64,000 nt of DNA from contig OX597824.1 of the NCBI GenBank assembly GCA_951406725.2, positions 20,460,001 to 20,524,000 on the forward strand. Direction: 5' to 3'. Below the pieces are notes generated by a model, which saw only the letters and a program-made list of their open reading frames with translations, did no database searches and was not told the DNA's origin. A program made the position numbers and the translations under genes. Position 1 is the first letter of the stretch; every line of letters begins with the position of its first letter. The DNA comes from Octopus vulgaris (taxonomy: Eukaryota). Positions 48,911-64,000 of this stretch are shown one piece after another.

Positions 48911-49271
48911 TCTACATTTGTAGGTGAAATTAAACTCTGCAAATGAGTGCACAGATGTGGTTAAGAACAACTGGTGTCAATAAAAGCATTGCAAATACAG
49001 ACTGTATTATACAGAGTTCAGAGTTCCGAATAATGAGCACTGAGGTTTTCAGATATCTCACTCTCGTGAGCTTTGTATTACAAAAGTATCGAGATTTTGT
49101 TTTGGCATTGATGATGGGTTTCCAAGTCGCACAATAAAGTGAACTTCCTACACTATGAATTTGCGTGTCAGTGGTTGAATATCCCATAGACATTGCATGG
49201 ATAGAAACTCTGCTTTGTTTTGTAATTAGTAAAAGGGTACTAAAAATTTCACGAATCTTTCTGCTGGAACC

Positions 49272-49662
49272 TATTTCTTTACTACCCCCAAGGGGCTAAA
49301 CACAGAGAGGACAAACAAGGACAGACAAACGGATTAAGTCAATTACATCGACCCCAGTACGCAACTGGTACTTAATTTATTGACCCCGAAAGGAAGAAAG
49401 GCAAAGTCGACCTCAGCGGAATTTGAACTCAGAGCGTAGCGGCAGACGAAATACCTATTTCTTTACTAGCCACAAGGGGCTAAACACAGAGAGGACAAAC
49501 AAGGACAGACAAACGGATTAAGTCGATTACATCGACCCCAGTGCGTAACTGGTACTTATTTAATCGACCCCTCGGCGGAATTTGAACTCAGAACGTAGCG
49601 GCAGTCTAAATACCATTAAGCATTTCGCCCGGCGCGCTAATGTTTCTGCTAGATCGCCGCCT
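49272..49662 (-). mobile_element. SINE family A dimer with 10-bp TSD
   Basis: TGCTGGAACC at 49262-49271 and 49665-49674. Confidence 0.9.
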
Positions 49663-50010
49663 TATGCTGGAACCATCGACCTATACGGTGCACTTTATAT
49701 TTATGAATGCTAAGAGCCTGAATAAATATCGCAGAGCATTTTGTAAGAGGAGTTAGCTCTTCTGTTAATCCACCAAATCGATTTTCTTTCAGATTTTACT
49801 TATAACAGGGGTTGCATAATCCATTAAACCAACACCAGAATTTAATTGCTATTTGCACACAGGCATGACTGAGCTTTGCAACCATGTGGTTTCGGGTTCA
49901 GTCCCATTGCGCGTCACCTTGGGCAAGTGGCTTCTACATAGCCCCAGGCTATGAATAATTTTGAAATCTATTTTTTATCTATCTATCTGTCTGTCTGTCT
50001 TTCTACCAAA

Positions 50011-50105
<95 letters not shown>

Positions 50106-50385
50106 CTATACATACATACATACATACATACATACATACACCCTTCAGACAACGCACCCACACCCACCTCATTCTCCTCTCCCTCTCACGCACGCGCGCG
50201 CACAGATGCTCGCAGGCACACACACACACACACACACACACAAGCACACACATATACTTCCACACACAAAACCCTCCACACACATAACACAATACACACC
50301 CAAGCATATGACGGGTACTTTCTTTAGCGATCTCCAATGAATGAAAATGAATTGTCGATCTTGGTGGTAACTGAAGCCATGACGT

Positions 50386-50410
50386 AGGAAGGAAAAAAAG
50401 AAAGGAAGGA

Positions 50411-50482
<72 letters not shown>

Positions 50483-50525
50483 AAAAGGAAGGAAGGAAGG
50501 AAGGAAGGAAGGAAGGAAGGAAGGA

Positions 50526-50572
<47 letters not shown>

Positions 50573-50587
50573 GAAGGAAGGAAGGAA

Positions 50588-50624
<37 letters not shown>

Positions 50625-50631
50625 GAAGGAA

Positions 50632-50681
<50 letters not shown>

Positions 50682-50713
50682 AAAAGGAAGAAAGAAAGAA
50701 AGAAAGAAAGAAA

Positions 50714-50755
<42 letters not shown>

Positions 50756-50811
50756 AAAAGGAAGAAAGAAAGAAAGAAAGAAAGAAGGAAAGAAAGGAAG
50801 GAAGGAAGGAA
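50386..50811. repeat. (GAAA)n/(GGAA)n microsatellite
   Basis: Direct observation. Confidence 0.97.
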
Positions 50812-51069
50812 GCGGGCCGTTAATTAAATGGCAGAGGAGCATTTTGCCGGGAGCCCTACCAATTCTGTTGGTCGACTGCTTTTCTTTTGGTATGTAATCA
50901 TAGAAGCGATAACCGGAAGCAATGAAACTAGGAGGAAAATGGCGTTTCAGTGAGAGTTTCATTTAAGTTTAGTTATCACTTGGGTGGGTGGGTGGGGTTA
51001 GTGAGAGGGGGGGAAGAAGAGCGGGAAGAGGAGGAGGATAACGACAACAACAATAACAACATGACGATG

Positions 51070-51612
51070 AGGGAAGAAAAGAAGGAGGAGGAGGAGAAGA
51101 AGAAGAAGAAGAAGAAGAAGAAGAAGAAGAAGAAGAAGACGAAAAGGAAGAAGAAGAAGAAGAAGAAGAAGAAGAAGAAGAAGAAGAAGAAGAAGAAGAA
51201 GAAGAAGAAGAAGGTGATGAAGAAGAAGAAGACTGAAGAAGAAGACTGAAGAAGACTGAAGAAGAAGTAGAAGAAGAAGAAGAAGAAGAAGAAGAAGAAG
51301 ACGAAGAAGACGAAGAAGAAGAAGAAGAAGAAGAAGAAGAAGAAGAAGAAGAAGAAGACTGAAGAAGTAGAAGAAGACGAAGAAGAAGAAGAAGAAGAAG
51401 AAGAAGAAGAAGAAGAAGAAGAAGAAGACGACGAAAAGGAAGAAGACTGAAGAAGTAGAAGAAGAGAAGAAGAAGAAGAAGAAGAAGAAGAAGAAGAAGA
51501 AGAAGAAGAAGAAGAAGAAGAAGAAGAAGAAGAAAGAAGGAGAAGAAGAAGAAGAGAGAAGAAGAAGAAGAAGAAGAAGAAGAAGAAGAAGACGAAAAGG
51601 AAGAAGAAGAAG

Positions 51613-51643
<31 letters not shown>

Positions 51644-51660
51644 GGAAGAAGAAGAAGAAA
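51070..51660. repeat. (GAA)n microsatellite
   Basis: Direct observation. Confidence 0.97.
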
Positions 51661-51949
51661 ACTACTTCAGCCGAAATATTCTCGGCTCCAAGAATGACAC
51701 TTAAGGTAAGGAGTATGAACTCGAACCTAGTAACTGCTTATAGTCACGATTTATCTCTTATATTCAGAGAAAATGGCTAAATATATATTTATCTGTCTGT
51801 AGAATACTTCCAAATGTTGAAAGGTTCCTCCCCTCCATGCGCACCGTCCCCACCCCCTTCGTAGTATTATCTTATTTCTTTCATGGCTCTTATCTCGGTT
51901 TCTGACTGTTTTATACATTCCGTTATCTAACACATACATACATATCTTC

Positions 51950-52038
<89 letters not shown>

Positions 52039-52044
52039 CATACG

Positions 52045-52080
<36 letters not shown>

Positions 52081-52311
52081 TTTATGTATGTATGTATATA
52101 TGTATATGTATATATAGTGTAAATGTACAAGTTAAAGATGTGTTTAATAGTGTATAGATATTGCAAATATACACTGGAAAAGGTGTGTTTGATGGGATGT
52201 TTGCGTGCGTGAATATACATTCTTACACATACATGCCCATATTTTCATTATCACGGTGTGTTAACGTGTATGTATGCATGTGTGCGTTTCTATACACACA
52301 CACTCAGACGT

Positions 52312-52385
<74 letters not shown>

Positions 52386-53014
52386 GTTATTATATGATTG
52401 AACGCCTCGCGTCACTTTCTTATTTCTCCAAGTAAGTTTTTATTATATATATATATATATATGCATATGGTTATACATACATACATCATGCATGCACACA
52501 CACACACACACACACACGAACATATGTCAGCGCTAACACGTTATCTTAAAGATAGCGTGTTAGCAGGAGAATGTGGTTATCCCATCCCATCCCCAAATGT
52601 AACTTAATTTTGAGTGATTAGTTCTTAATTTCTAGAAATAATCACCTATCCTTGGTAGCCGCTAACAATTACCGTCTGGTTTTTAGTATTTTTCTCTCTA
52701 ATTAGCAGGGATATTTCAGTTAATTAGAACATGGTCCTTTTAAATAGAGACAATTTGTATTGTAGTTTTGCAGGGAACTAAATGTATAAATACAGGAAGC
52801 CGGGGGTGTAAATTACAGCTGGAAGGTTGGAAATCGCTGACGAAGAGTTTTCCTTCTTCGGTCGGAACATTTTTAGCTGTTGTAGTTGTTTAGTTGTGAT
52901 TGAGCTGACCTATGATGAAACTATCCCAGCAGTTTCTGTTTAGAGTTATATTTCCGAAGGATTTTTGATAGCAACGGACGAAATCATGATTTAAACGAAA
53001 CAAAAATATTTGTT

Positions 53015-53179
53015 GGAGTGGCTGTGTGGTAAGTAGCTTGTTTACCAACCACATGGTTCCGGGTTCAGTCCCACTGCGTGGCATCTTGGGCAAGTGTCTT
53101 CTGCTATAGCCTCGGGCCGACCAAAGCCTTGTGAGTGGATTTGGTAGACGGAAACTGGAAGAAGCCTGTCGTATATATG

Positions 53180-53214
<35 letters not shown>

Positions 53215-53438
53215 ATATGGTTGTGTGCCTGTGTTTGTCCCCCTAGCATTGCTTGACAACCGATGCTGGTGTGTTTACGTCCCCGTCACTTAGCGGTTCG
53301 GCAAAAGAGACCCGATAGAATAAGTACTGGGCTTACAAAAGAATAAGTCCCGGGGTCGAGTTGCTCGATTAAAGGCGGTGCTCCAGCATGGCCGCAGTCA
53401 AAATGACTGAAACAAGAAAAAAGAGTAAAAGAGAGTAA
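53015..53438 (+). mobile_element. SINE family B, near full length
   Basis: Matches family B; (AGAGTAA)n-like tail. Confidence 0.9.
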
Positions 53439-53495
53439 AGAGTAATTGAAAGAAAAAAAATACTTGATAGACGGAAAGTGAAAGAAACCCACCGA

Positions 53496-54306
<811 letters not shown>

Positions 54307-56413
54307 TGTGTACACATTATCATTGTATAATTGCTGTCATCAACTTTAACTTCATTTTCGTCGTCGCCATTAATCACCTTCGCCTTCATCGTCGCAATCA
54401 TTGTCGTCTTCGACGTCATCATCATCATCAACATCAATCGATTTCAATTTCCTGTTACCTCACTCCAGTGAACAGCCCCCGTCTGCAGCTGCCTTGCCCC
54501 CGCTAAAGAGACGACAGTGTCATCTGATACGCCAAACACGCCTGTTGAACTTCTATGAACTTGTAGCTTTTTGGGCAAAACTCCGTGCATACAACTGTTA
54601 ACTGCATTAATCTCATTCTCCTTCAATCAGTCTCCTTTCTCACTTCACACTCTCGTTCTCCTTTCTTCTCTCCCCTTCCTCCTCCCCTCCCATCCTTCTT
54701 TCTTTCTTTCTTTCTTCCCTTCTCCGTCCCTTCTTTCTTTAATGTTTCTCTCACCCTCTCTCTCTCGCCCTTTCACACTTTCTTTCACTTTCTCTCTCTC
54801 TCACACACACTCTCATATCTCTCACTCTCTTTTACTCACCTTTCTCACTTCACACTCTCGTTCTCCTTTCTTCTCTCCCCTTCCTCCTCCCATCCTTCTT
54901 TCTTTCTTCCTTTCTTCCTTTCTTCCTTTCTTCCCTTCTCCGTCCCTTCTTTCCATCTCCAGCCTCAGACCTGCCTCTCAACGGCTGTCAATTTAATCCT
55001 TAACAAAAATAAATTCAAATCTCAAGAGAATTTTGAAATCATTCCGTTTGGCGGACGGGAACATTGTGAAGTGGATTCATGGATGAGTGAATGACAAATA
55101 TTTTTGCCAGAAAGTTCTGGTAACTCTCGTTCAATTAGTTTCAGACTGCTGGCGAAACTTCTGAAAACTGTAAGAAAAGAAACATTTTTGAAACCTTAAG
55201 AACAGGCGTAGATGTTGCTGTGTGGTAGAATGTTTGCTTTCCAATCCTTATGGATGTTGATTTGGTTACGTCCCTGTAACTTACTCGTTCAGCAAAAGAG
55301 ATTAACAGAATAAGTGCCGGATTAGAAAAACGAACAGTAAGTATTGGAGTCGATTTGTACGGCTAAACCTTTCAAGGCGATGCTCCAGCATGGCCGCAGT
55401 TCAATGACTGAAACAAGTAAAAGATAAAAAAAAGATAACATAACATCATTTTAATACAACTTTCGTGCCCATGAATTTGTTAAAATTTACTCCTGGCATT
55501 AAACAATCTCTTTTCACAGCCTTACATACGCAGTCGCTCCACCTGGTGGAAATAGCATCGAAACCTAGGTCAAATCACATCTTATCAGCTTCAAACATGG
55601 GTTGGAGACATTCTGGGACGGTCGTTTCGGCGCTGCCCGTTTGGCGTCGTTGATTTAACGCTGACTTATTTGACATCTGACGTTTTAATGTTTCTCGCAT
55701 TCTTTAATGTTTCTCTCACCCTCTCTCTCACACTCTCCCTCACTCTCTCTCTTTCACCCTCACTCTTTAACACACACATACTCTTTCTCATTCACTCTCT
55801 CACTCTCTTTAATATAGACACACACTACCTCACTTTCTCTCTCTCTCTCACTCTCTCTCTTTCTCTCCCTCCCTCCTGTGTTAATGTGTGTCAGCATATT
55901 TCTTTACATGCATTTGAAGAGAAGGGAAGGTGTTTATGTCAATCGTGGTCGATAAATCAATTGTAATGTCTCTCTCCTTTCCCTTTCTCTCCCTCCCTTA
56001 TCTCTTTCCCTCTCCTCTCTCTTTCCCTACCACTCTCTCTCAATATGTGTATACTTCCGCGCATGCGAGCATTCGTGTACGAGTTTGCCTCCGGTCTCAG
56101 AACACAGAGTCGCCAAAACACGTTGAATGTCCAATCAGTCGTGCTAAATCGTTTCGTTTTGTTTAAAAACGAAGGAGCATAATAGATTACGTAATCACCT
56201 CCATATGTACTTCGCTCGAGGAAAATACGGAATAGTCACGGGCTGGGGCGTCTTTGAACAAGAGACGACTATTCAATCTGCTACACTTAGGTCTAAACAG
56301 CAACAATATAAATATCCCTGTGATCGATTAAGTTAATCCCTGCATATTGATCCTTGCTCCTTCAATAGTTCCAACTACTACTTGGCATTATTTTATGACT
56401 AAAAGAATAGTTA

Positions 56414-56505
56414 AAGGGCAAAACTGATGGACGAAGGGCAAAACTGTTGGACGAAGGGCAAAACTGTTGGACGAAGGGCAAAACTGATGGACGACGGGCA
56501 AAACT
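56414..56505. repeat. 20-bp minisatellite, about 4.6 copies
   Basis: AAGGGCAAAACTG(A/T)TGGACG. Confidence 0.95.
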
Positions 56506-56764
56506 ATTTACGGCGGATTGGGTCCACGGCATCTTTTGAAAACGGAAGAAAATGGCGGTAAAGGAGAAGAGTAGGGTTTAAAGCTTTCGTTGCTATTTCT
56601 GTCGTAACATCTTAGTCTTTGTCAGTCACTTCGTCCCTTTGGCTAATCTCTAATCTCTAATATTTTCCAATTTTCTCAAATCCTTTAGTATCCATTCTAA
56701 TATCATGCGATATTGCAAAGTCAATGATCTTCGTTAGTTTTCCTTCGTTAGCTCGATTTAATAT

Positions 56765-57579
56765 TAGGTTCAAGTTTTTGGTACAAAGCCAGAAATTTTG
56801 GGGGAGGGGATAAGTCGATTAGATCGACCCCCAGTGCTCAACTGGTGCTTATTTTATTGACGCTGGAAAGATGAAAGACAAAGTCGAGCTCGGCGGAATT
56901 TGAACCCAGAACGTAAAGACGGACGGAATGCTGTAAAACATTCTGACCGGTGCGGTAACGATCCTGCCAGCTCGCCGCCTTAGCTCAATTTAATATCGAT
57001 TTCAAATTTTGTTACAAGGCCAGTAATTTCGTGAGAAGGATGAGTCGATTACATCGACCCCACTGCTCAGGTGCTACTTATTTTATCGACCCCTGAAAGA
57101 ATGAAAGGCAAAGTCGACTTCGGCGGAATTTGAACTCAGAACATAAAGACAGACGAAATACCTATTTCTTTACTACCCACAAGGGGCTAAACACAGAGAG
57201 GACAAACAAGGACAGACAAAGGGATTAAGTCGATTATATCGACCCCACTCCGTAACTGGTACTTAATTTATCGACCTCGAAAAGATGAAAGACGGAGTCA
57301 ACCTCGGCGGAATTTGAACTCAGAACGTAACGGCAGAGGAAATACCTATTTCTTTACTACCCACAAGGGGCTAAATACAGAGGGGACAAACAAGGACAGA
57401 CAAAGGGATTAAGTCGATTATATCGACCCCAGTGCGTAACTGGTACTTATTTAATCGACCCCGAAAGGATGAAAGACGAAGTCAACCTCGGCGGAATTTG
57501 AACTCAGAACGTAACGGTAGACGAAATACCGCTAAGCATTTCGCCCGGCGCGGTAACGATTCTGCCAGATCACCGCCTT
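56765..57579 (-). mobile_element. SINE family A monomer plus trimer
   Basis: Family A units with GAAATACC|TATTTC junctions and alternative tails. Confidence 0.88.
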
Positions 57580-58292
57580 AACTCAATTTAATATTGATTT
57601 ATGACACAGACATAAGACTTCAAATTTGGTGGGACTTTACCATCGATTATGCTGATTCCAGTAATTGACTGGCACTTTATTTTATCGACCTCCGAAGAAT
57701 GAAACATAGAGTCAGCCTCGATGGGACTCGAACTCAAAATGTAATAGTATTTATGGTTATGGCGTAATATCACTAATATTGGATAAGGTTACAGTCGATC
57801 ATATCGGCCCACGTACTTGAATGCGTCTTACTTTAGCGACCCCAGAAACAAAATGAAATCCGAAGTGAATTTCCGTAGGGTTTGAACTCAAACCGTAAAT
57901 GCCACAAAATGTTTGGATATAGGATCCACCGATCTTGTGACTATCAGCCATTTTCTAAAGTAAATTCCTTGGACTCGCATGGTTGGTTACCCAGTTTCAT
58001 ATTCACAGATGCGACCGAAATAACAACATCATCCCTAAACTGGATACCAGTCTGTCGCAGAGTGATTCAGTTACAGCTGAGTGGACTGAAGGAAAGTGAA
58101 ATGAAGCGTTTTGCTCAGAGAGCACAAAGTACTAACCCGGCCGGGAATCGAAACCACGATCTGACGGTCATGAATGCAAAGCCCTAACCAATTGGCCACA
58201 CTCCTTCCGATTCATTCCCTCTTTAGTTCAGTTTCTTATTGATTTACGACTCAGAAAAGGTTTCGAAATTCGGTGGAGGAATACAGTCGATA

Positions 58293-58685
58293 TATTCTTT
58301 CCTACCCTAGGCACAAAGCCCCAAATTTTTTTTGTGGAGGGGAGGGGAGTCGATTAGATCGTCACCAGTACGCAATTGGTACTTAATTTATCGACCCCGA
58401 AAGAATGAAAAGCAAAGTCGACCTCGGCGGAATTTGAACTCAGAACGTAAAGACGGACGAAATGCCTATTTCTTTACTACCCACAAGGAGCTAAACACAG
58501 AAGGGACAAAGGGATTAAGTCGATTATATCGACCCCAGTGCGTAACTGGTACTTATTTAATCGACCCCGAAAGGATGAAAGGTAAAGTCGACCTCGGCGG
58601 AATTTGAACTCAGAACGTAACGGCAGACGAAATACCGCTAAGCATTTCGTCCGACATACTAACGTTTCTGCCAGCTCGTCGCCTT
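58293..58685 (-). mobile_element. SINE family A dimer with mixed tails
   Basis: Family A head plus two units; TSD-like ATACAGTC(G/C)ATAT. Confidence 0.85.
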
Positions 58686-58829
58686 ATACAGTCCATATAC
58701 TGATTCTAGTAACTGCACCGGTAGTTTATTTCACGGACTTTTTCAAGGATAAAACGCAAAGTTGACCTCCTTATGATCTGAACTCAAAATGTGAAAGTAT
58801 TTAATTGTAGCCTATTTCTAATACAGTGA

Positions 58830-59147
58830 AGACGCGTGGATTAGTGGTTAGGGTCTTTGGCTCACGATCGTAAGACGTAAGTTCAACTCCTGGCAGCACG
58901 TTGTGTACTTGAGCAAGACACTTTACTTCACGTTGTTCCAATCCACTTAGCTGGCAAGAATTAGTACCTTTAATTCAAAGGGGCCAGCCATGTCACATTC
59001 TGTGTTACGCCGAATCTCCCTTAGAACTACATAAAGGGTACACGTGTTTGTGGAGTGCTCAGCTACTTGCATGTTAATGTCACGGCCAAATTTTTCCGTT
59101 GACCGGATCAACTGAAGCCCGCATCGTCGCAACCGACGGAGCACCAG
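58830..59147 (+). mobile_element. SINE family D copy
   Basis: Homologous to 2832-3155. Confidence 0.75.
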
Positions 59148-59253
59148 TTAGTTATTTCTAATACAAGCGCAAAGTCAATGACATCAGATACGGTTACAGT
59201 CGATCATATCGACCCAATAACATGACTGGCACTTATTTTAGCGACCCTCATAA

Positions 59254-59426
59254 GGCGGCGAGCTGGCAGAAACGTTAGCACGCCGGGCGAAATGCGTGGC
59301 CGTATTCCGTCTGCCGTTACGTTCTGAGTTCAAATTCCGCCAAGGTCGTCTTTGCCTTTCATCCTTTCGGGGTCGATAAATTAAGTACCAGTTACGCACT
59401 GGGGTCGATGTAGTCGACTTAATCCG
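59254..59426 (+). mobile_element. SINE family A running into the assembly gap
   Basis: Head and body intact up to the N run. Confidence 0.85.
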
Positions 59427-59526
59427 NNNNNNNNNNNNNNNNNNNNNNNNNNNNNNNNNNNNNNNNNNNNNNNNNNNNNNNNNNNNNNNNNNNNNNNNNN
59501 NNNNNNNNNNNNNNNNNNNNNNNNNN
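59427..59526. other. Assembly gap (100 N)
   Basis: N run inside SINE A sequence. Confidence 1.
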
Positions 59527-60205
59527 TCCGGTCCTTCACGTTCTGCGTTCAGATTCCTTTCATCCTTTTCGCATCGACGAAATAAAGTATCAGTGGAGCA
59601 CTGGAGTCGATGTAATCGACTGTCCCATCCGCACAAAATCGCTGGCCTTGTGCCAAAATTGGAAAATTATATTACAGACGCCAATTACAAGCAAAAGAGA
59701 GAAACATGGCGACGTTAGTATGTCTGTTTCTTTACTCTGTCCCGAAATAGTTGTGATAAGGTCATATAATGTTGAACATCTCAGCAGTAAATTCATTCAT
59801 AATTCGAGTAATGGCATTTTTCCGCATCGTACGCGTTGAATCAAGATGAGGCACCCTATAATGTTTAATTAATACACATCGCTGTATATAATATATGGTT
59901 CTTATGCCCATATTTTAACGCACCCTACTAGGTTGAATGCTCATATCTATACACTTATTTATATATATTATATATACATTTATCTATCTATCTATCTATC
60001 TATCTATATATATATATATATATATATATTCATATATATTGTATATACATTATATATACATATATTTATATATATTGTATATACATTATATGTACATATA
60101 TTTATATATATTATACATACATTATATATACATATATTTATATATTATATATACATACATTTATATGTATTACAGATATATATATATATATATTATTTAC
60201 TACTT

Positions 60206-60245
<40 letters not shown>

Positions 60246-60570
60246 GGGCACACACACACGGAGACATACACACGTGTATGAAACTAGGTATATATCAGCC
60301 ACTGACAGACATATATATATGTGTGTGTATATGAATACGTACAGTATGTACAACACACATGCAATATAATTCCATAATTCCATCTTCAGGCATGCATAAA
60401 CGCAGACATATTTTCAGATGCATAATTATATATTAAAGAGAGAGAGAGAGAGAGACAGAGAGAGAAAGAAAGAGAGAGAGAGAGAGAGAGGGAGAGCAGC
60501 AACAGCAGCGACAAAGAGGACGACGAGAGGTAGAGATGAAGAAAAAAAAAGGAAACGAGATGAGGTAAAC

Positions 60571-60606
<36 letters not shown>

Positions 60607-60639
60607 GAGAGAGTGAGAGAGAGAGAAAGGGGCGAGAGA

Positions 60640-60686
<47 letters not shown>

Positions 60687-60690
60687 CGAC

Positions 60691-60721
<31 letters not shown>

Positions 60722-60983
60722 GTGATGATGGTGACGATGGTGATGATGATGATGATGGTGATGATGGTGATGGTGATGGTGATGATGATGGTGATGGTGA
60801 TGGTGATGATGATGGTGATGATGATGGTGATGACGGTGATGATGGTGATGATGATGATGACGATGGTGATGATGATGATCATGATGATGGTGATGATGGT
60901 GATGATGATGATGATGGTGATGATGATGGTGATGATGGTGATGATGATGGTGATGATGGTGATGGTGATGATGATGGTGATGG

Positions 60984-61022
<39 letters not shown>

Positions 61023-61023
61023 C
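60640..61023. repeat. (GAT)n/(GGT) microsatellite preceded by (GA)n
   Basis: Direct observation. Confidence 0.97.
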
Positions 61024-61531
61024 GAGAAAATGAAGAAGGTGAGAGAAGGTGAATTATTTCACATAATATCTAATGAAAACAATCGACTTAATTATTTCCT
61101 TCCAGTTTCTGTTTGCCTGCCATCCAGCTCGCACCTTCTCCGTTTTCTTATCAAAAAACCTTGATTAGTTTGCGCCGAAGAAAGAGAGCAGCTTTTATAT
61201 AAACACAGCTCAAGCTAACATATGTTTGTGGTTTATTTTAAGGCTTCACCTTATTCTTTTTTCTTTCTTCCTGTTCCCTCTTCTCTCTCTCTCTTCCTCC
61301 CTCCCCCCTCTCCCTCCCTCTCTCTCTCTCTCTCTCCGCTCTCTCGCTCTCTTTTCTATCCTCTGTAATTTCCTTTTTTTCTGTTTTTGGTCAGAAGGAT
61401 AAAAGTATATTTATTTGACTAAATCAACATTGCCGTCTCCCCTACCACTCCCTCTCCCTACCTGCCTCCCCATTACAAGCACTGGCTCTTACTGCAGCAT
61501 ATGGTACCAAGACATTGAGCAATCGCCTCTC

Positions 61532-61588
<57 letters not shown>

Positions 61589-61646
61589 GTCTTACTGTAT
61601 ATTTTATCTATGAAATCTTGGACTCTCTAGGATCTCTGTCCTCCTC

Positions 61647-61678
<32 letters not shown>

Positions 61679-62362
61679 CTTCCTCCTCCCCCTCCTCCAG
61701 TTAGTCATCCGTATATCCTTTCTTACAGAGATTATTTAACTAACACACTTTACTAAAAAAATATACGTCGGTTCAACAACACTATCCTTTACGGAGAACC
61801 AGCGAGGGATCCGAAATCGCTGGACTAATTGGAAATAACAGCCAAAAAATAACGAATGGGGAAAACCTCTCCAAGTATTCTAAGTCCGGTCCATAATAGG
61901 TGCCCTTTTCCGATTAGGGATGTCTAGTGAGTCAGAAGGCCGTTACACATTATCATATCCACCACAAAGAAATAAGGACAACTCTGCTTGGGCAAAACTT
62001 TGAGATCGAAAGCAATTCCAACCGTGACAACCTTGTATCATCAAACGTAGCTTTTCTCAAACAATAATATCTAAAACGTCCTTCTCGTTTTGAAAAATAG
62101 TAGTGGGTGTCATTTCGTAGAGATTCAGCTACTATTTCTAGCAATATCAAGTAGTTACACAGAAGTAACAAGAGCTTCTGCCGTAAGATCCTTGGATATT
62201 TATCGACTTCGGATTTCTGTCTAAGGACTTCCTGAGACCTGCGTTAAGGGTACACGTATCTGTATAGTGCTCAGCCATTTGAACGTTAATTTCATGAGCA
62301 GGCTGTTTCCGCCGGCCGAATCAACGAGAACCTCGTCGTCAAAATCGACGGGGTGCCCGATG

Positions 62363-62486
<124 letters not shown>

Positions 62487-63639
62487 CTCGCGGTTTCGAT
62501 TCCCAGACCGGGCGTTGTGAGTGTTTATTGAGCGAAAACACCTAAAAGCTCCACGAGGCTCCGGCAGGGCGGGGTGATCCCTGCTGTATTCTTTCACCAC
62601 TCTTTCTCCCACTCTTTCTTCTGTTGGCCGGCTCGCTTAGCCAGCGGGGTGGCGTCATTCGAAGGTTAAAACAATGCGAACGCATTGTGACCAGCGATGT
62701 GTAACTACATCTGATGGACTGGTCGGTCACGTGATCACGTGATAAATACATATACTAGACTAGACTACCCGTGACTCGTTGGGTCATCGGGAAACTCTGA
62801 GTTTCCCAGCAACGAAGTTTTGTTTCGTTCGTGGGTTTCTTTTCTTTTCCAGGTTATTTCGCATGCTTTCAATGAATGTGACTTCAAAATCACGCGTAAA
62901 CGGCTCCTTTCCCCAGAAAAGGAAATATTTGGTTGTTATTTCTTTCACGCCCTGCTACCACGTAACAGGAATTTCGGGTCCTTTATCGCTGTTACGTGGT
63001 AGCAGGGTGTGCTAGAAATAGCAGCTAAATCTTTCGAGGTGAGATAGGTTCAATGCACTCAAAAAAAAAACATGGAAAAAAAAAACTATTTCAAACCGAG
63101 GTTACGAAAGATTTACCGTATTTTTAAAGTCATTTTCACTTTAAAATATTTTTTAGATATGCCAAAAAACAACTTACATTTTTGAAATCAAATTCACTTC
63201 AAAAAATATTTCTAAACGATTAAAATATTGTGTTTAATAAAAGCAAAACTTCCTCAAGTCACACACTACAATCTCAGAGGCATTAACTGTGCACAAAAAT
63301 TACATTGGTGTATTAGTTACATTAGTGAAGATGTTCCACTCTTGTGGAACGAATTCTTCTTAACCACTCAGCCATGCATGCGCCGAATAACAACTTTTAT
63401 TTTTAAATAATCAACAATGTGTTCAATGTTTTAGAATTTTCAATAAATCAAAATAACCGAACACGCTACGCGTCTTGCTATTTCGGTGGCATTCATAATG
63501 TGAGACTTTGTATGATAAAGGTACATCACATTAGAACAACAATGTTCGAACGGAACAGTCATGGTGAAGTGGCAACGAACATTACTAGTGAGTACAACTA
63601 CTTCGTTGATCTCTTAGAAAGATTTTAGAAATAGCATTT

Positions 63640-63821
63640 TTACTTACTCTTTTACTTGTGTCAGTCATTTGACTGTGGCTATGCTGGAGCGCCGCCTTTA
63701 GTCGAGCAAATCGACCCCGGGACTTATTCTTTGGAAGCCTAGTACTCATTCTATCGGTATCTTTTGCTGAACCGCTAAGTTACGGGGACGTAAACACACC
63801 ACCATATACACACACACAGAT

Positions 63822-63872
<51 letters not shown>

Positions 63873-64000
63873 CTCTTTTACTCGTTTCAGTCATTTGACT
63901 GTGACCATGCTGGAGCACCGCCTTTAGTCGAGAAAATCGACCCCGGGACTTATTCTTTGTAAGCCCAGTACTTATTCTATCGGTCTCTTTTGCCGAACCG
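63640..64000 (-). mobile_element. Two SINE family B 3' halves
   Basis: CAGTCATTTGACTG...GCTGGAGC...GAACCG blocks at about 63650 and 63880. Confidence 0.85.

Noticed and set aside
54545-54595. Possible miRNA hairpin
   Set aside because: Pairing too weak; no conserved metazoan miRNA was recognised by eye in the window, though this was not a systematic search
60418-61164. Acidic poly-Asp ORF of 248 aa
   Set aside because: Built from (GA)n and (GAT)n repeats; no supporting domain or splice structure
62754-62790. Possible Helitron 3' end on the minus strand (CTAG plus hairpin)
   Set aside because: Hairpin is weak and no matching 5' end or second copy was found

Overview
Repeat-dominated, AT-rich eukaryotic DNA with no recognisable host protein-coding exon; it looks intergenic or deep-intronic. 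The tRNA-derived SINE families, very dense microsatellites and TTAGGG-containing MITEs suggest an octopus (coleoid cephalopod) genome; this is inferred from recalled repeat families, not from a search. Contents: dozens of copies of four or five SINE families, one of which forms single-headed tandem multimers; four non-autonomous Helitrons; a GG-terminated MITE family with 8-bp TSDs; a Tc1/mariner MITE; decayed mariner, Tigger/pogo, piggyBac, Tx1/L1, CR1 and probable RTE fragments; Penelope-like remnants with long inverted repeats and minimal hammerhead-ribozyme motifs; many micro- and minisatellites; and one 100-N gap. The best leads are the paired hammerheads in a ~241-bp inverted repeat (38.6-39.5 kb), the apparent self-targeting growth of SINE multimers, and a 39-bp inverted repeat around a (CA)n loop (43.4-43.6 kb). 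Most long ORFs in the track are microsatellite artefacts. I did not find a demonstrably new biological system; these are candidates. Coordinates were read by eye, and boundaries of decayed repeats are approximate.
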